Virus record (IMG/VR): IMGVR_UViG_3300032318_001790
Span: 1 to 39,786 of that record
Reading direction: 5' to 3' (one strand)
DNA from: a virus
Lineage: Duplodnaviria; Caudoviricetes
Length of the DNA stretch: 39,786 nt
The notes beneath the pieces are model-generated. The model searched no databases. It worked only from the letters and a program-made list of their open reading frames with translations, and was not told the DNA's origin. Shown here in pieces: positions 29,316-36,800 of the stretch (its first letter is position 1; each line of letters opens with the position of its first letter). The position numbers and the translations under genes were made by a program.

Positions 29316-30041
29316 TTACTTTTTAATATTTTCGAACTGTTCGATAATATAGGACAGAATTTCAGATCTTACGATATCTTCCTTGCCGAATTCAAAAGTG
29401 TGGATGCCGCGTTCTTTAGCGCAATCTTTATCGAACAAATCAAACACTTTATTAAACCCACTTTGTTTAATATCTGACTGTTGAGCATCTCCACAAATAA
29501 ATAGCGTAGAAAAGTTTGCCATACGTGTCATTACTAATAAGAAGTCTTCGATACGGCAATTTTGCGCCTCGTCCATTATAAAGCTGGCATTCGAAATGTT
29601 TAAACCTCTTAAAAATCCCAATGGCACACCAACTATCCTTTCGTCCATCATAAGGGCCTTAACATGTGGGATGGGCAACAATTCATTTAGTTTGTCTACA
29701 AGTGGCTGTGTGTATGGTGACATTTTTTCTTCAGAGGTACCTTTAATATAACCAATTCCGTGAACTGAAGATTCAACAGGCACGCGGCTATAATATATTT
29801 CGCTAGACTTCTTTTCCTTGATTTTCCTTAATGCGCAGTAAACGGCCAAAATTGTTTTGGCGGTGCCAGCAACACCTCTAAGGATAACGACTTTAGTTTT
29901 TTTATCTAAAGCAAGATTTATAAATTCTTTTTGTTTATCTGTCCATGGTAATTCACGAATATTTAAATCTATAGTTGTTTTAGTTTTTTTCTTCTCCGTG
30001 TACGGAGAAACATCGCGCGGGGTTTCTTTTTTAGACTTCAT
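29316..30041 (-). CDS. phoH: PhoH-like ATPase
   Basis: GVAGTAKT, SRVPVE, IGYIKG...EKM.PY, PLGFLRG, DEAQN, GDAQQSD, DIVRS. Confidence 0.93.
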   Translation of the reverse strand: MKSKKETPRDVSPYTEKKKTKTTIDLNIRELPWTDKQKEFINLALDKKTKVVILRGVAGTAKTILAVYCALRKIKEKKSSEIYYSRVPVESSVHGIGYIKGTSEEKMSPYTQPLVDKLNELLPIPHVKALMMDERIVGVPLGFLRGLNISNASFIMDEAQNCRIEDFLLVMTRMANFSTLFICGDAQQSDIKQSGFNKVFDLFDKDCAKERGIHTFEFGKEDIVRSEILSYIIEQFENIKK

Positions 30042-30057
30042 GAAAGAATACTTATAT

Positions 30058-30063
30058 TTACAC
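30058..30063 (-). promoter_or_regulatory. Candidate late promoter GTGTAA
   Basis: Upstream of phoH ATG 30041. Confidence 0.55.
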
Positions 30064-30146
30064 TATATATAGTATGGACACTTTTTATTTTCATTCGTAA
30101 AAATATTTTTGAACATTTCATTATATATAAAGTCTAATCTTTCACT

Positions 30147-30551
30147 ATGAATTTAAATTATTCTCTTATACCTTTAAACAATACGATTTCAACTTGGGAT
30201 TTTGTCGATGATATCGATAGCCTTTGGCCAACACTATCAAATAGTTTCAGTATTGTAACAAGTCCAAAATATAGTTTTTCTAATTTTATTGGATTCCAAG
30301 ATGCTGGAACAGATTCTTACAATTTGGAAATTGAATTGCCGCGTTTTCGTAAAGAAAGCATTAAGCTATCTGCTGAAAATAATGTTTTACATATTAGTGC
30401 AGAACAAGATAATCTTAAATTTTACCATTCGGTAAGCATTCCGTTGACATTAAACACAGATACCATTGAGGCTAAACTCGACCATGGGGTTCTAATCGTC
30501 TCTGCTCAAAAAGCTGAAAGAGCTAAAGCAAAAACAATTGAGATTAATTAA
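30147..30551 (+). CDS. Hsp20 / alpha-crystallin small heat-shock protein
   Basis: LEIELP.F.KESIKLS.ENNVL.IS, IEAKLDHGVLIV, KTIEI. Confidence 0.88.
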   Translation: MNLNYSLIPLNNTISTWDFVDDIDSLWPTLSNSFSIVTSPKYSFSNFIGFQDAGTDSYNLEIELPRFRKESIKLSAENNVLHISAEQDNLKFYHSVSIPLTLNTDTIEAKLDHGVLIVSAQKAERAKAKTIEIN

Positions 30552-30589
30552 ACTTTACATATAAATAAATTCTATTATAATAATCCATA

Positions 30590-31630
30590 ATGGAAAATAT
30601 TTATTTTTTTCAATGGATTTCTGATCTTGGTGGTGCGGATACCCGTTTAAAAGAACTTATTCAACTTTTCGCTGAAACAGGAAGATATAATTTATTTTGT
30701 ATTCCGAATGATGTAAATCGTTTACAAGAACAAGAGAATGTTAATTTTTTAAATAGATACGGGGTTAAAACACTAGCTTGGGAAGAACTACCAATAAAAA
30801 CGGAGGGTTATGCAATTGCATTCTGTAATTTTAGATTATTCCAAGATTCTTGGAGATTGGAAAAAATAAAAAAGATTGGATTAAAATTCATATGGTCAAA
30901 TGACATGATGTGGTCTTCAAAGGAAGAGGGCGCGGCCATTGAACAAAAACTCGTGTCTTCAGTAATCTTTACAAGTGATTTCCATAAAAAACAATTATTA
31001 AAGGTTAACCCCCTGTTCGCTAAACTCGAAAGTTTTATTATACCTAATTATTTCCATTCGGATAATTATATAAAAGCTCCCAAAAAAGAAAGCTTAAAAA
31101 ATAAATTTGTTGTTGGTAAACTTTCAAGAGCAGATGAAATGAAATTCGGAGAAAACTTTCCACTGTTTTACGACAAGATGCCTATAGAAAATCCCAAGTT
31201 TCGAATTATGGGGTGGCAACAAAAACTAAGTGATAAATTTAAATGGTTTGAGTTTAATAAAGAACGGTGGGAACTTCTTACCGAGAACCAAGAAACTATT
31301 CTTGGATTTCTGTCTCAACTCGATCTTTATGTTTTCAATGCCCACCATGACTATATAGAAAACCAAACGCGTTCTATGATAGAAGCTCAACTCTTGGGCA
31401 TTCCAGCTATAGTTCCAAATTATGGAAATTTTCCTAATATGATTTGGCATGGAAGAAATGGTTTTATTTATAATAATATTGAAGAGTGCTATAAATATGT
31501 AAATCTTTTACAGAAAGACAGGGATCTTTATAATGAAATTTCTAATAACAGTTTCGATCTTAGTAAAACTGTATGGACTAATTCAAACGCGCAATTAAAA
31601 TACTGGGAATCTATATTCAAAAGCATTTAA
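30590..31630 (+). CDS. Glycosyltransferase, GT-B fold (GT4-like)
   Basis: LGGADTRL, VVGKLSR...K, LDLYVF...ENQTRSMIEAQLLGIPAIV, IWHGRNGF. Confidence 0.85.
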   Translation: MENIYFFQWISDLGGADTRLKELIQLFAETGRYNLFCIPNDVNRLQEQENVNFLNRYGVKTLAWEELPIKTEGYAIAFCNFRLFQDSWRLEKIKKIGLKFIWSNDMMWSSKEEGAAIEQKLVSSVIFTSDFHKKQLLKVNPLFAKLESFIIPNYFHSDNYIKAPKKESLKNKFVVGKLSRADEMKFGENFPLFYDKMPIENPKFRIMGWQQKLSDKFKWFEFNKERWELLTENQETILGFLSQLDLYVFNAHHDYIENQTRSMIEAQLLGIPAIVPNYGNFPNMIWHGRNGFIYNNIEECYKYVNLLQKDRDLYNEISNNSFDLSKTVWTNSNAQLKYWESIFKSI

Positions 31631-31634
31631 AGTT

Positions 31635-32438
31635 ATGAGTAAAAAAATATGCTACTGGTCAATATCTTGGGGAGACTATGATTATATGGTTCAATCCTTG
31701 GTGAACTCTTTCAAGCGGGTCGGCATGACAGAGGACTTCGTGACTTTTACAGAGAAACCCGTTAAGAACTGTATTAATTATCGACTAGATAGTACTATAG
31801 AAAATGATCGTTTGCAATTCTTTAAATTTGAGTATTTAAAAAAACATATGCAAACAATGGATTATGATATTTTTGTATTTATTGATGCTGATCATTACTT
31901 TGTTAGAAAGCCCGATATAACAGTAGAAGATATTTTACAAAACTCACCGTGGCATTCATTTTTAGAAAGCCCAGTTAATACTTCAGAAACGCAGCGAGCA
32001 GATTGGTGGGGAATACCAAACAATGCCCTTGTATCCTTAATGAGAAAAAGTGGGGTAGCTTCAAAAGAAATTCGTAATAGCAATGGTGGTTTTTGGATAT
32101 GCCATAAAGATTTTATTAATAAGGCTTGTGAATTGGCCTACAAATTCCACAACTATTTAAAGTCTTTTAATATTACAGTTCCAGAGGAAGTCTCTATTGC
32201 ATACCTTTCTCATTTAATGTCTCCAGTGTTACAGGATAGATTTTTAGAAAATTTTACAAACTATTGGGCTTCAGACTGGACAGACAATTTCAAAGATGCT
32301 GTTCCTACAGATAGGGAGTGGGAATATATTTCCTATATGACTTACAATAAAATTAAAGTCAAGCCAGCCATCGTCCATGCGATGAGGAGTAAGGGGGCCC
32401 TTATAGAAGAGGGTAGGAGTTTTCTATTACAGGAGTAG
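31635..32438 (+). CDS. Glycosyltransferase, GT-A fold-like
   Basis: FFKFEYL...YDIFVFIDADH (DxD), NGGF, EEVSI, IVH. Confidence 0.7.
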   Translation: MSKKICYWSISWGDYDYMVQSLVNSFKRVGMTEDFVTFTEKPVKNCINYRLDSTIENDRLQFFKFEYLKKHMQTMDYDIFVFIDADHYFVRKPDITVEDILQNSPWHSFLESPVNTSETQRADWWGIPNNALVSLMRKSGVASKEIRNSNGGFWICHKDFINKACELAYKFHNYLKSFNITVPEEVSIAYLSHLMSPVLQDRFLENFTNYWASDWTDNFKDAVPTDREWEYISYMTYNKIKVKPAIVHAMRSKGALIEEGRSFLLQE

Positions 32439-32763
32439 GTTAAATTAAACTTATAGAAATAAAATAGGCCCCCGAATTTTTTAGATTTGATTATTATTAT
32501 TTAAACTCATTTGTCCCCGAAGTTCTAGAAAAGGGTGGGGGGTACATATATATAAGAATAGGGATGTTTATACATAAACATAGTAATATGTATATAGAAT
32601 ATAGACTTATAAGAATAGCGGGTTAAATTAAATTAATTAAAATAAAAGATGAGGAGATTGAAATTTCACCCCCCCGGACCTAAAAAATCAAACGCTTGTT
32701 CGAATTTTCTCAAAAATAGGGGGGGCATCAACAAAAATACTTTGCAGAATCGTAAAAAAATCC

Positions 32764-32791
32764 TTGTGTTTTGGCCGTCCTGTGGTAGAGT
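32764..32791 (+). promoter_or_regulatory. Leaderless sigma70-type promoter P1
   Basis: TTGTGT-N16(TGTGG)-TAGAGT, 6 nt to ATG 32798, A-tract upstream. Confidence 0.7.
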
Positions 32792-32797
32792 GTAAGC

Positions 32798-32974
32798 ATG
32801 ATTAAGAACCAATACAGCACAGCAGAGTTGACCGCCGCCCTTGGCAATCCCTACTTCGTCGGCCTAAACCTTCGCGTTTGGAGAGTCGCAACGAAACGCG
32901 GATCCTACGAGTTCAAAGCCAGCCGCACCCCAAGGACTGACTTCTGGAGCGTCAACAAAAAAAAGTTACGCTAA
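32798..32974 (+). CDS. Small early protein, family A (58 aa)
   Basis: Not in ORF track; MIKNQYSTAEL...LNLRVWRVATKRGSYEFK...; paralog of 34949-35131. Confidence 0.8.
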   Translation: MIKNQYSTAELTAALGNPYFVGLNLRVWRVATKRGSYEFKASRTPRTDFWSVNKKKLR

Positions 32975-32988
32975 TCGAAAAAAATCCT

Positions 32989-33016
32989 TTGACTTTCGCC
33001 GCAACTCTGATACATT
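32989..33016 (+). promoter_or_regulatory. Leaderless promoter P2
   Basis: TTGACT-N16(TGA)-TACATT, 6 nt to ATG 33023. Confidence 0.75.
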
Positions 33017-33022
33017 AAAAGC

Positions 33023-33208
33023 ATGAAAAAGAAAAACACCTACAAAGTCACCGCATCAATCTCCAACGACATCGGTTCATACCCTCTACCCGTTACGTTA
33101 GAAGTTGCCGCCTATGGCATCGGTTGGATCTCCCATGAGGTTGAAAAAGCTTTGAACGTGAATCTCCCCTTCGACGGCGAGATCATAAAGATCGAAAAAA
33201 TCTCTTGA
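33023..33208 (+). CDS. Small early protein, family B (61 aa)
   Basis: YKVTA...YGIGW...EIIKIEKIS; paralog of 35391-35570. Confidence 0.8.
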   Translation: MKKKNTYKVTASISNDIGSYPLPVTLEVAAYGIGWISHEVEKALNVNLPFDGEIIKIEKIS

Positions 33209-33232
33209 CTCTCACGATAACTCTGATACATT
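33205..33232 (+). promoter_or_regulatory. Leaderless promoter P3
   Basis: TTGACT-N16(TGA)-TACATT, 6 nt to ATG 33239; -35 contains the upstream TGA stop. Confidence 0.75.
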
Positions 33233-33238
33233 AAATAC

Positions 33239-33466
33239 ATGAATACATACGAAAAATACTTCACCTATCAAGGCTGCGAATACTACCTCTGCACAGAGTA
33301 TGCGTTCGATCATGCCGATCAACTGCAACTCTCTGACTTCTCCTTGCAGAGAGATGGCGACGAAGTCTCGCAAGAGAGCTTCGAAGCAAACCAAGGGCTC
33401 TATGACATTGTCTGCGAGATCCTTGCTAACGAAGATGCTGTCTGCTATGGCGGCGCACCTTGCTAA
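33239..33466 (+). CDS. Small acidic early protein (75 aa)
   Basis: ORF at the fixed distance from P3. Confidence 0.75.
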   Translation: MNTYEKYFTYQGCEYYLCTEYAFDHADQLQLSDFSLQRDGDEVSQESFEANQGLYDIVCEILANEDAVCYGGAPC

Positions 33467-33484
33467 CACTATAGAACATTCTGT

Positions 33485-33658
33485 ATGACAAAGATACCTC
33501 TCAACATGGATGCTCGTTCACTCGTAAAGGAAATCAATCGCAGCAAGCGCAGGACTATGACAAAGCGCACTATGACAAACAATGCTATGACATACATTGG
33601 AGAGGCCCTTGCCGTGGTGCTCATCTTCATGCTTGGCGTTGCGATCCTTTCTCTGTAA
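33485..33658 (+). CDS. Small early protein, family C, with C-terminal TM helix (57 aa)
   Basis: Not in ORF track; MTKIPLNMDARSLVKEINRSKRRT...ALAVVLIFMLGVAILSL; stop lies inside element E1. Confidence 0.65.
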   Translation: MTKIPLNMDARSLVKEINRSKRRTMTKRTMTNNAMTYIGEALAVVLIFMLGVAILSL

Positions 33659-33732
33659 GCTGTTGTAAATCAACGACTTACGACGGAGGGCCGGGCGCGC
33701 GAACGTAACCCCTTGATAATCAAGCACTTACG
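33654..33732. repeat. 79-bp double-palindrome element E1 (core inverted)
   Basis: tgtaagctgttgtaaatcaacgacttacg + acggagggccgggcgcgcgaa + cgtaaccccttgataatcaagcacttacg. Confidence 0.95.
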
Positions 33733-33743
33733 AATAGGTGCGA

Positions 33744-33772
33744 ATACTACCACAACACGCACAAGATGTCAA
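33744..33772 (-). promoter_or_regulatory. Reverse sigma70-type promoter facing E1
   Basis: Minus strand TTGACA-N17(TGTGG)-TAGTAT; predicted +1 near 33737. Confidence 0.6.
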
Positions 33773-33816
33773 GCAAAAAAGATAAAAAAAATTTCACATA
33801 ATCGTAAAAAAATCCC

Positions 33817-33844
33817 TTGCTTTTTGCGCGTCTTGTGGTATTCT
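33817..33844 (+). promoter_or_regulatory. Leaderless promoter P4
   Basis: TTGCTT-N16(TGTGG)-TATTCT, 6 nt to ATG 33851. Confidence 0.75.
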
Positions 33845-33850
33845 GTATAC

Positions 33851-34123
33851 ATGAAAAAAGAAATAAACACCATAGAAGAAGCCAAAAACCTGTCCGTCAT
33901 GGACTTCATGGAACGCACTCCGTTGGAGCGTAAGCTGATCGACGAACTCAAGCGCGTCGAATCCCAAGTCGAACTCTTGCAAGAGTGGCTCGAAAACTCT
34001 CACAGAACGTGCGGCCTGTTGCGTGATGCGCGTGACAGCTATCGTCGTCAACTCGGCATCTCGTCCGATTGGGACACGATGGAATCAGTCCGTGACAAAT
34101 ATGACGCCAGACATGGCGGCTAA
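33851..34123 (+). CDS. Small coiled-coil early protein (90 aa)
   Basis: Start moved from 33713 to ATG 33851 on promoter spacing. Confidence 0.75.
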   Translation: MKKEINTIEEAKNLSVMDFMERTPLERKLIDELKRVESQVELLQEWLENSHRTCGLLRDARDSYRRQLGISSDWDTMESVRDKYDARHGG

Positions 34124-34132
34124 AAAAACTTC

Positions 34133-34161
34133 TTGCCTAAACTCTCAACTCAACCTATCCT
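34133..34161 (+). promoter_or_regulatory. Leaderless promoter P5
   Basis: TTGCCT-N17-TATCCT, 6 nt to ATG 34168. Confidence 0.65.
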
Positions 34162-34167
34162 AACAAC

Positions 34168-34383
34168 ATGAACATCATCAACGACGACTTCAATACGCAA
34201 CCGCAATCCGACGAATACGCTACCGAGCACGAGGACGTGCGCGGCACGTTCGCCGTCGAACCTGCCGTCGAGCAGGAACCGGAACCGCAACCCTACGATG
34301 GGTGCGAGGGCCAATGGGCTGGCGATGGGTCGGGCTTCGACGACCTCGCTGACTTGGGCGAGCAGGAGGGTCACGACTGGTAA
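34168..34383 (+). CDS. Very acidic small protein, family D (71 aa)
   Basis: IINDDFNTQPQSDEYATE motif shared with 38370-38504. Confidence 0.8.
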   Translation: MNIINDDFNTQPQSDEYATEHEDVRGTFAVEPAVEQEPEPQPYDGCEGQWAGDGSGFDDLADLGEQEGHDW

Positions 34384-34387
34384 CACT

Positions 34388-34618
34388 ATGACACAAAACG
34401 AAAACATCATGAAATCTCTGCACGCGCTTGCCAAGCAAGAGCAAACTTTGCAGGCTCAAGAGGCTGAAATGACAGAGCTAAAAAATCTTTTGTCTCGCGC
34501 CCTGTATACTATCACAGCACACGAATACAAGCTGAACATCCTTTGCGAAACCAACATTGTTCTTTCGCGTGAAGTGCAAGCAATGCGCGATCAGCAATTT
34601 TCTTTCGGAGTCAACTAA
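34388..34618 (+). CDS. Small coiled-coil protein (76 aa)
   Basis: ATG 4 nt after previous stop; MTQNENIMKSL... Confidence 0.7.
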   Translation: MTQNENIMKSLHALAKQEQTLQAQEAEMTELKNLLSRALYTITAHEYKLNILCETNIVLSREVQAMRDQQFSFGVN

Positions 34619-34619
34619 C

Positions 34620-34772
34620 GTGAGCAAAATAATTATGACAATCGACGTGCGCCCACTCGCGCGCGAGATTGAGCGCAGCGTTCGAAGGACGACTTGTCGT
34701 CCTTCATTCGCCATGCGTGTCAAGAAAAAATTCGCGCGCAAGGCAAAGTTTTTTAGCGGTTGGTCTGAGTAG
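34620..34772 (+). CDS. Small basic protein, family C (50 aa)
   Basis: GTG start; SKIIMTIDVRPLAREIERSVRRT resembles 33485 ORF; stop overlaps start of E2. Confidence 0.6.
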   Translation: MSKIIMTIDVRPLAREIERSVRRTTCRPSFAMRVKKKFARKAKFFSGWSE

Positions 34773-34849
34773 TAAAGCGTTGAATATCAACGACTTACGG
34801 CGGCGCGCCCCGCCGCGCGACATAAGTGCTTGAAAATGAACGACTTATG
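34771..34849. repeat. 79-bp double-palindrome element E2
   Basis: agtaaagcgttgaatatcaacgacttacg + gcggcgcgccccgccgcgcga + cataagtgcttgaaaatgaacgacttatg. Confidence 0.95.
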
Positions 34850-34859
34850 CAATATGCTA

Positions 34860-34876
34860 CGCAAGTGCCATGCCAA
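34860..34876 (-). promoter_or_regulatory. Sigma54 -24/-12 promoter facing E2
   Basis: Minus strand TTGGCATGGCACTTGCG; exact GG-N10-GC spacing; +1 at 34849. Confidence 0.7.
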
Positions 34877-34914
34877 CTTTGCCAAAAGCGCAAAAATAAA
34901 AATAAAAAAATCCC

Positions 34915-34942
34915 TTGCGTTTTTGCAGTCCTGTGGTATTCT
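34915..34942 (+). promoter_or_regulatory. Leaderless promoter P6
   Basis: TTGCGT-N16(TGTGG)-TATTCT, 6 nt to ATG 34949. Confidence 0.75.
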
Positions 34943-34948
34943 TTAACC

Positions 34949-35131
34949 ATGAAAAAGAAATACTACACCAGCGCGGAAATCATCGAGTTCGCCACAAAAA
35001 ACAGTGCGGCTTGCGCGTTCGCCTCTTTGAGTTTGCGCGTGTTCAAATACTGGACGGCGAAAGGTTCTTACGAGGTCAAATTCCATCGGGTTGAGCCGTT
35101 GGTCTGGCAAAAGAAAATCGTAAAGAAATAA
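34949..35131 (+). CDS. Small early protein, family A (60 aa)
   Basis: Start moved to ATG 34949; YTSAEI...LSLRVFKYWTAKGSYEVK. Confidence 0.8.
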   Translation: MKKKYYTSAEIIEFATKNSAACAFASLSLRVFKYWTAKGSYEVKFHRVEPLVWQKKIVKK

Positions 35132-35140
35132 AAAAACCTG

Positions 35141-35169
35141 TTGACAAAATCAATCCTCTAACCTATTCT
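35141..35169 (+). promoter_or_regulatory. Leaderless promoter P7
   Basis: TTGACA-N17-TATTCT, 6 nt to ATG 35176. Confidence 0.8.
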
Positions 35170-35175
35170 TTAACT

Positions 35176-35355
35176 ATGAAAAATAAAACACCACAAAAAA
35201 GCCAAATCTGGAAAGTCGGAACGCGCTGCTTCCGCATAGTGCGCATCGAAGGCGGTCAGGCCGTTGTGCGCCATCACGAAGAATTCGGAAAGTTTTTTCT
35301 GAATGACTTGCGCCCTGCAAGTGCCGAAGAAGTTCGCGCATACTTCAAAAAATAG
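35176..35355 (+). CDS. Small early protein (59 aa), SH3/beta-barrel-like pattern
   Basis: Not in ORF track; MKNKTPQKSQIWKVGTRCFRIVRIEGGQAVV...LRPASAEEVRAYFKK. Confidence 0.75.
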   Translation: MKNKTPQKSQIWKVGTRCFRIVRIEGGQAVVRHHEEFGKFFLNDLRPASAEEVRAYFKK

Positions 35356-35356
35356 T

Positions 35357-35384
35357 TTGACAAAACAGATTTTTCTGATAGATT
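35357..35384 (+). promoter_or_regulatory. Leaderless promoter P8
   Basis: TTGACA-N16(TGA)-TAGATT, 6 nt to ATG 35391. Confidence 0.75.
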
Positions 35385-35390
35385 AAAAGC

Positions 35391-35570
35391 ATGAAAGAGA
35401 AAAAATCCTACATGGTAACGGCGCGTGACTCACGCGAAAAAGAAATCGTTCACACCACGACTGTAAAATCATATGGTATCCGTTGGGCGATTGAAGATGC
35501 CTCAAAAGAGTTTTCGGACACTATTCCAGAACCCTTCATCGAAATCGTGAAGGTTGAAAAAATCTCTTGA
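35391..35570 (+). CDS. Small early protein, family B (59 aa)
   Basis: Not in ORF track; MKEKKSYMVTA...YGIRW...EIVKVEKIS. Confidence 0.8.
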   Translation: MKEKKSYMVTARDSREKEIVHTTTVKSYGIRWAIEDASKEFSDTIPEPFIEIVKVEKIS

Positions 35571-35602
35571 CCCTAACCACAAAAACAAACAAAATAGAAA
35601 CC

Positions 35603-35692
35603 ATGTCAATCTGGATACCACTCTTTTACCTGTGCATCATGCCTGCCGCTTGCGGTTTCTTAATCCTCTGGGCTGATTCCAGAAAAAAATAA
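35603..35692 (+). CDS. 29-aa single-TM peptide
   Basis: MSIWIPLFYLCIMPAACGFLILWADSRKK after weak promoter TTGACC-N17-CAAAAT (35567-35595). Confidence 0.55.
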   Translation: MSIWIPLFYLCIMPAACGFLILWADSRKK

Positions 35693-35696
35693 TCTC

Positions 35697-35927
35697 ATGA
35701 AAAAATACATCACATTCGACAATATGCTTTTGGCAACAAGTGCTGCCCTCATCTTGTCCCTGCTAACTTCACTTCTGGTCATCGCCGTTGCTTCACAGCA
35801 AAAATGGTTCGATACTAATCACGAACTTCAAAACGATGTCCAAACAATGTTTGAGCATCTTGAAAAACCGCTCGCCATGAATACCTCTGGCTATCCCTCC
35901 TACCCAAATCATCCCAAAAATGCCTAA
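35697..35927 (+). CDS. Small membrane-anchored protein (76 aa)
   Basis: N-terminal hydrophobic helix. Confidence 0.7.
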   Translation: MKKYITFDNMLLATSAALILSLLTSLLVIAVASQQKWFDTNHELQNDVQTMFEHLEKPLAMNTSGYPSYPNHPKNA

Positions 35928-35935
35928 ACAATAAT

Positions 35936-36142
35936 ATGATAACACCAAACATCCAAAGAGCCCTCGAATCAAACGGCGTTCGTTTCTATGCCAAAGACTT
36001 CCTCATGGAAGGAATGCGGAAAGACTGCGTTGACGCTGTGCATGACGCGCACCTTGTTTACAAGTTGCTGAAAGAACGCATGGAGAAAATGCTTGCCATC
36101 GAACCCACTGAATCCGAACAGCAATACCCTCAACACTCATGA
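35936..36142 (+). CDS. Small early protein (68 aa)
   Basis: In operon, ATGA overlap with next gene. Confidence 0.7.
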   Translation: MITPNIQRALESNGVRFYAKDFLMEGMRKDCVDAVHDAHLVYKLLKERMEKMLAIEPTESEQQYPQHS

Positions 36143-36330
36143 ATAAAAAACAAATCATCACCGCGTGTGACGCGTCAAACAGTGTCATACAAAAAATTAA
36201 ATCTGCGCTGGGCCTTCAGAAAAAAGAGCCATCGCTTCTTTGTCATAGTCTCGCGCACCTCAACGGCGCGACATGGCTTGAAAGAATCTCGTCAAATGGA
36301 ATCTTGAACGAATACATCGTAAGACGCTGA
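36139..36330 (+). CDS. Small early protein (63 aa)
   Basis: Stop TGA inside E3. Confidence 0.6.
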   Translation: MNKKQIITACDASNSVIQKIKSALGLQKKEPSLLCHSLAHLNGATWLERISSNGILNEYIVRR

Positions 36331-36396
36331 TAATCAAGCACTTACGGCGGCGCGCCCCGCCGCCCAGCGTAAGTCGTTGAAAATCAACACGTTACG
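36318..36396. repeat. 79-bp double-palindrome element E3
   Basis: cgtaagacgctgataatcaagcacttacg + gcggcgcgccccgccgcccag + cgtaagtcgttgaaaatcaacacgttacg. Confidence 0.95.
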
Positions 36397-36406
36397 CAAA
36401 ACATGG

Positions 36407-36423
36407 AGCAGGAACCGTGCCAA
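36407..36423 (-). promoter_or_regulatory. Sigma54 -24/-12 promoter facing E3
   Basis: Minus strand TTGGCACGGTTCCTGCT; +1 at 36396. Confidence 0.75.
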
Positions 36424-36501
36424 CAATGAGTGTCATAAAAATTCAAACGCCTGTTTGAAAAACGTCAACAAAAATACTTTCAGCTAATCGAAAAAAATCC
36501 C

Positions 36502-36529
36502 TTGTGTTTTTGGCAACCTGTGGTATTCT
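36502..36529 (+). promoter_or_regulatory. Leaderless promoter P10
   Basis: TTGTGT-N16(TGTGG)-TATTCT, 6 nt to ATG 36536. Confidence 0.75.
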
Positions 36530-36535
36530 TTAATT

Positions 36536-36775
36536 ATGAAAGTTACCAAAGTCGAACTACTCGACGCACTACTACAAGCTCGCACCGCTCTTGCAAAAGA
36601 CATTAGCGACTTTAACAAAAGCCGCAACGGATTCTTTGCCAAAGAATTTCGCGCTTCACTCCGCGAAAAAATCGCGGCTCATCGTATCCTTTCCCACATC
36701 GACACGATTGACGCTGAACTCTATTCGTTCGACGCTCGCACCCGCGCAAGGGTCAAAAAAGCTCTTGCCAAGTAA
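36536..36775 (+). CDS. Small basic helical protein (79 aa)
   Basis: ORF at the fixed distance from P10. Confidence 0.75.
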   Translation: MKVTKVELLDALLQARTALAKDISDFNKSRNGFFAKEFRASLREKIAAHRILSHIDTIDAELYSFDARTRARVKKALAK

Positions 36776-36800
36776 GGCAAACTCTGCAAAAATAAACACC

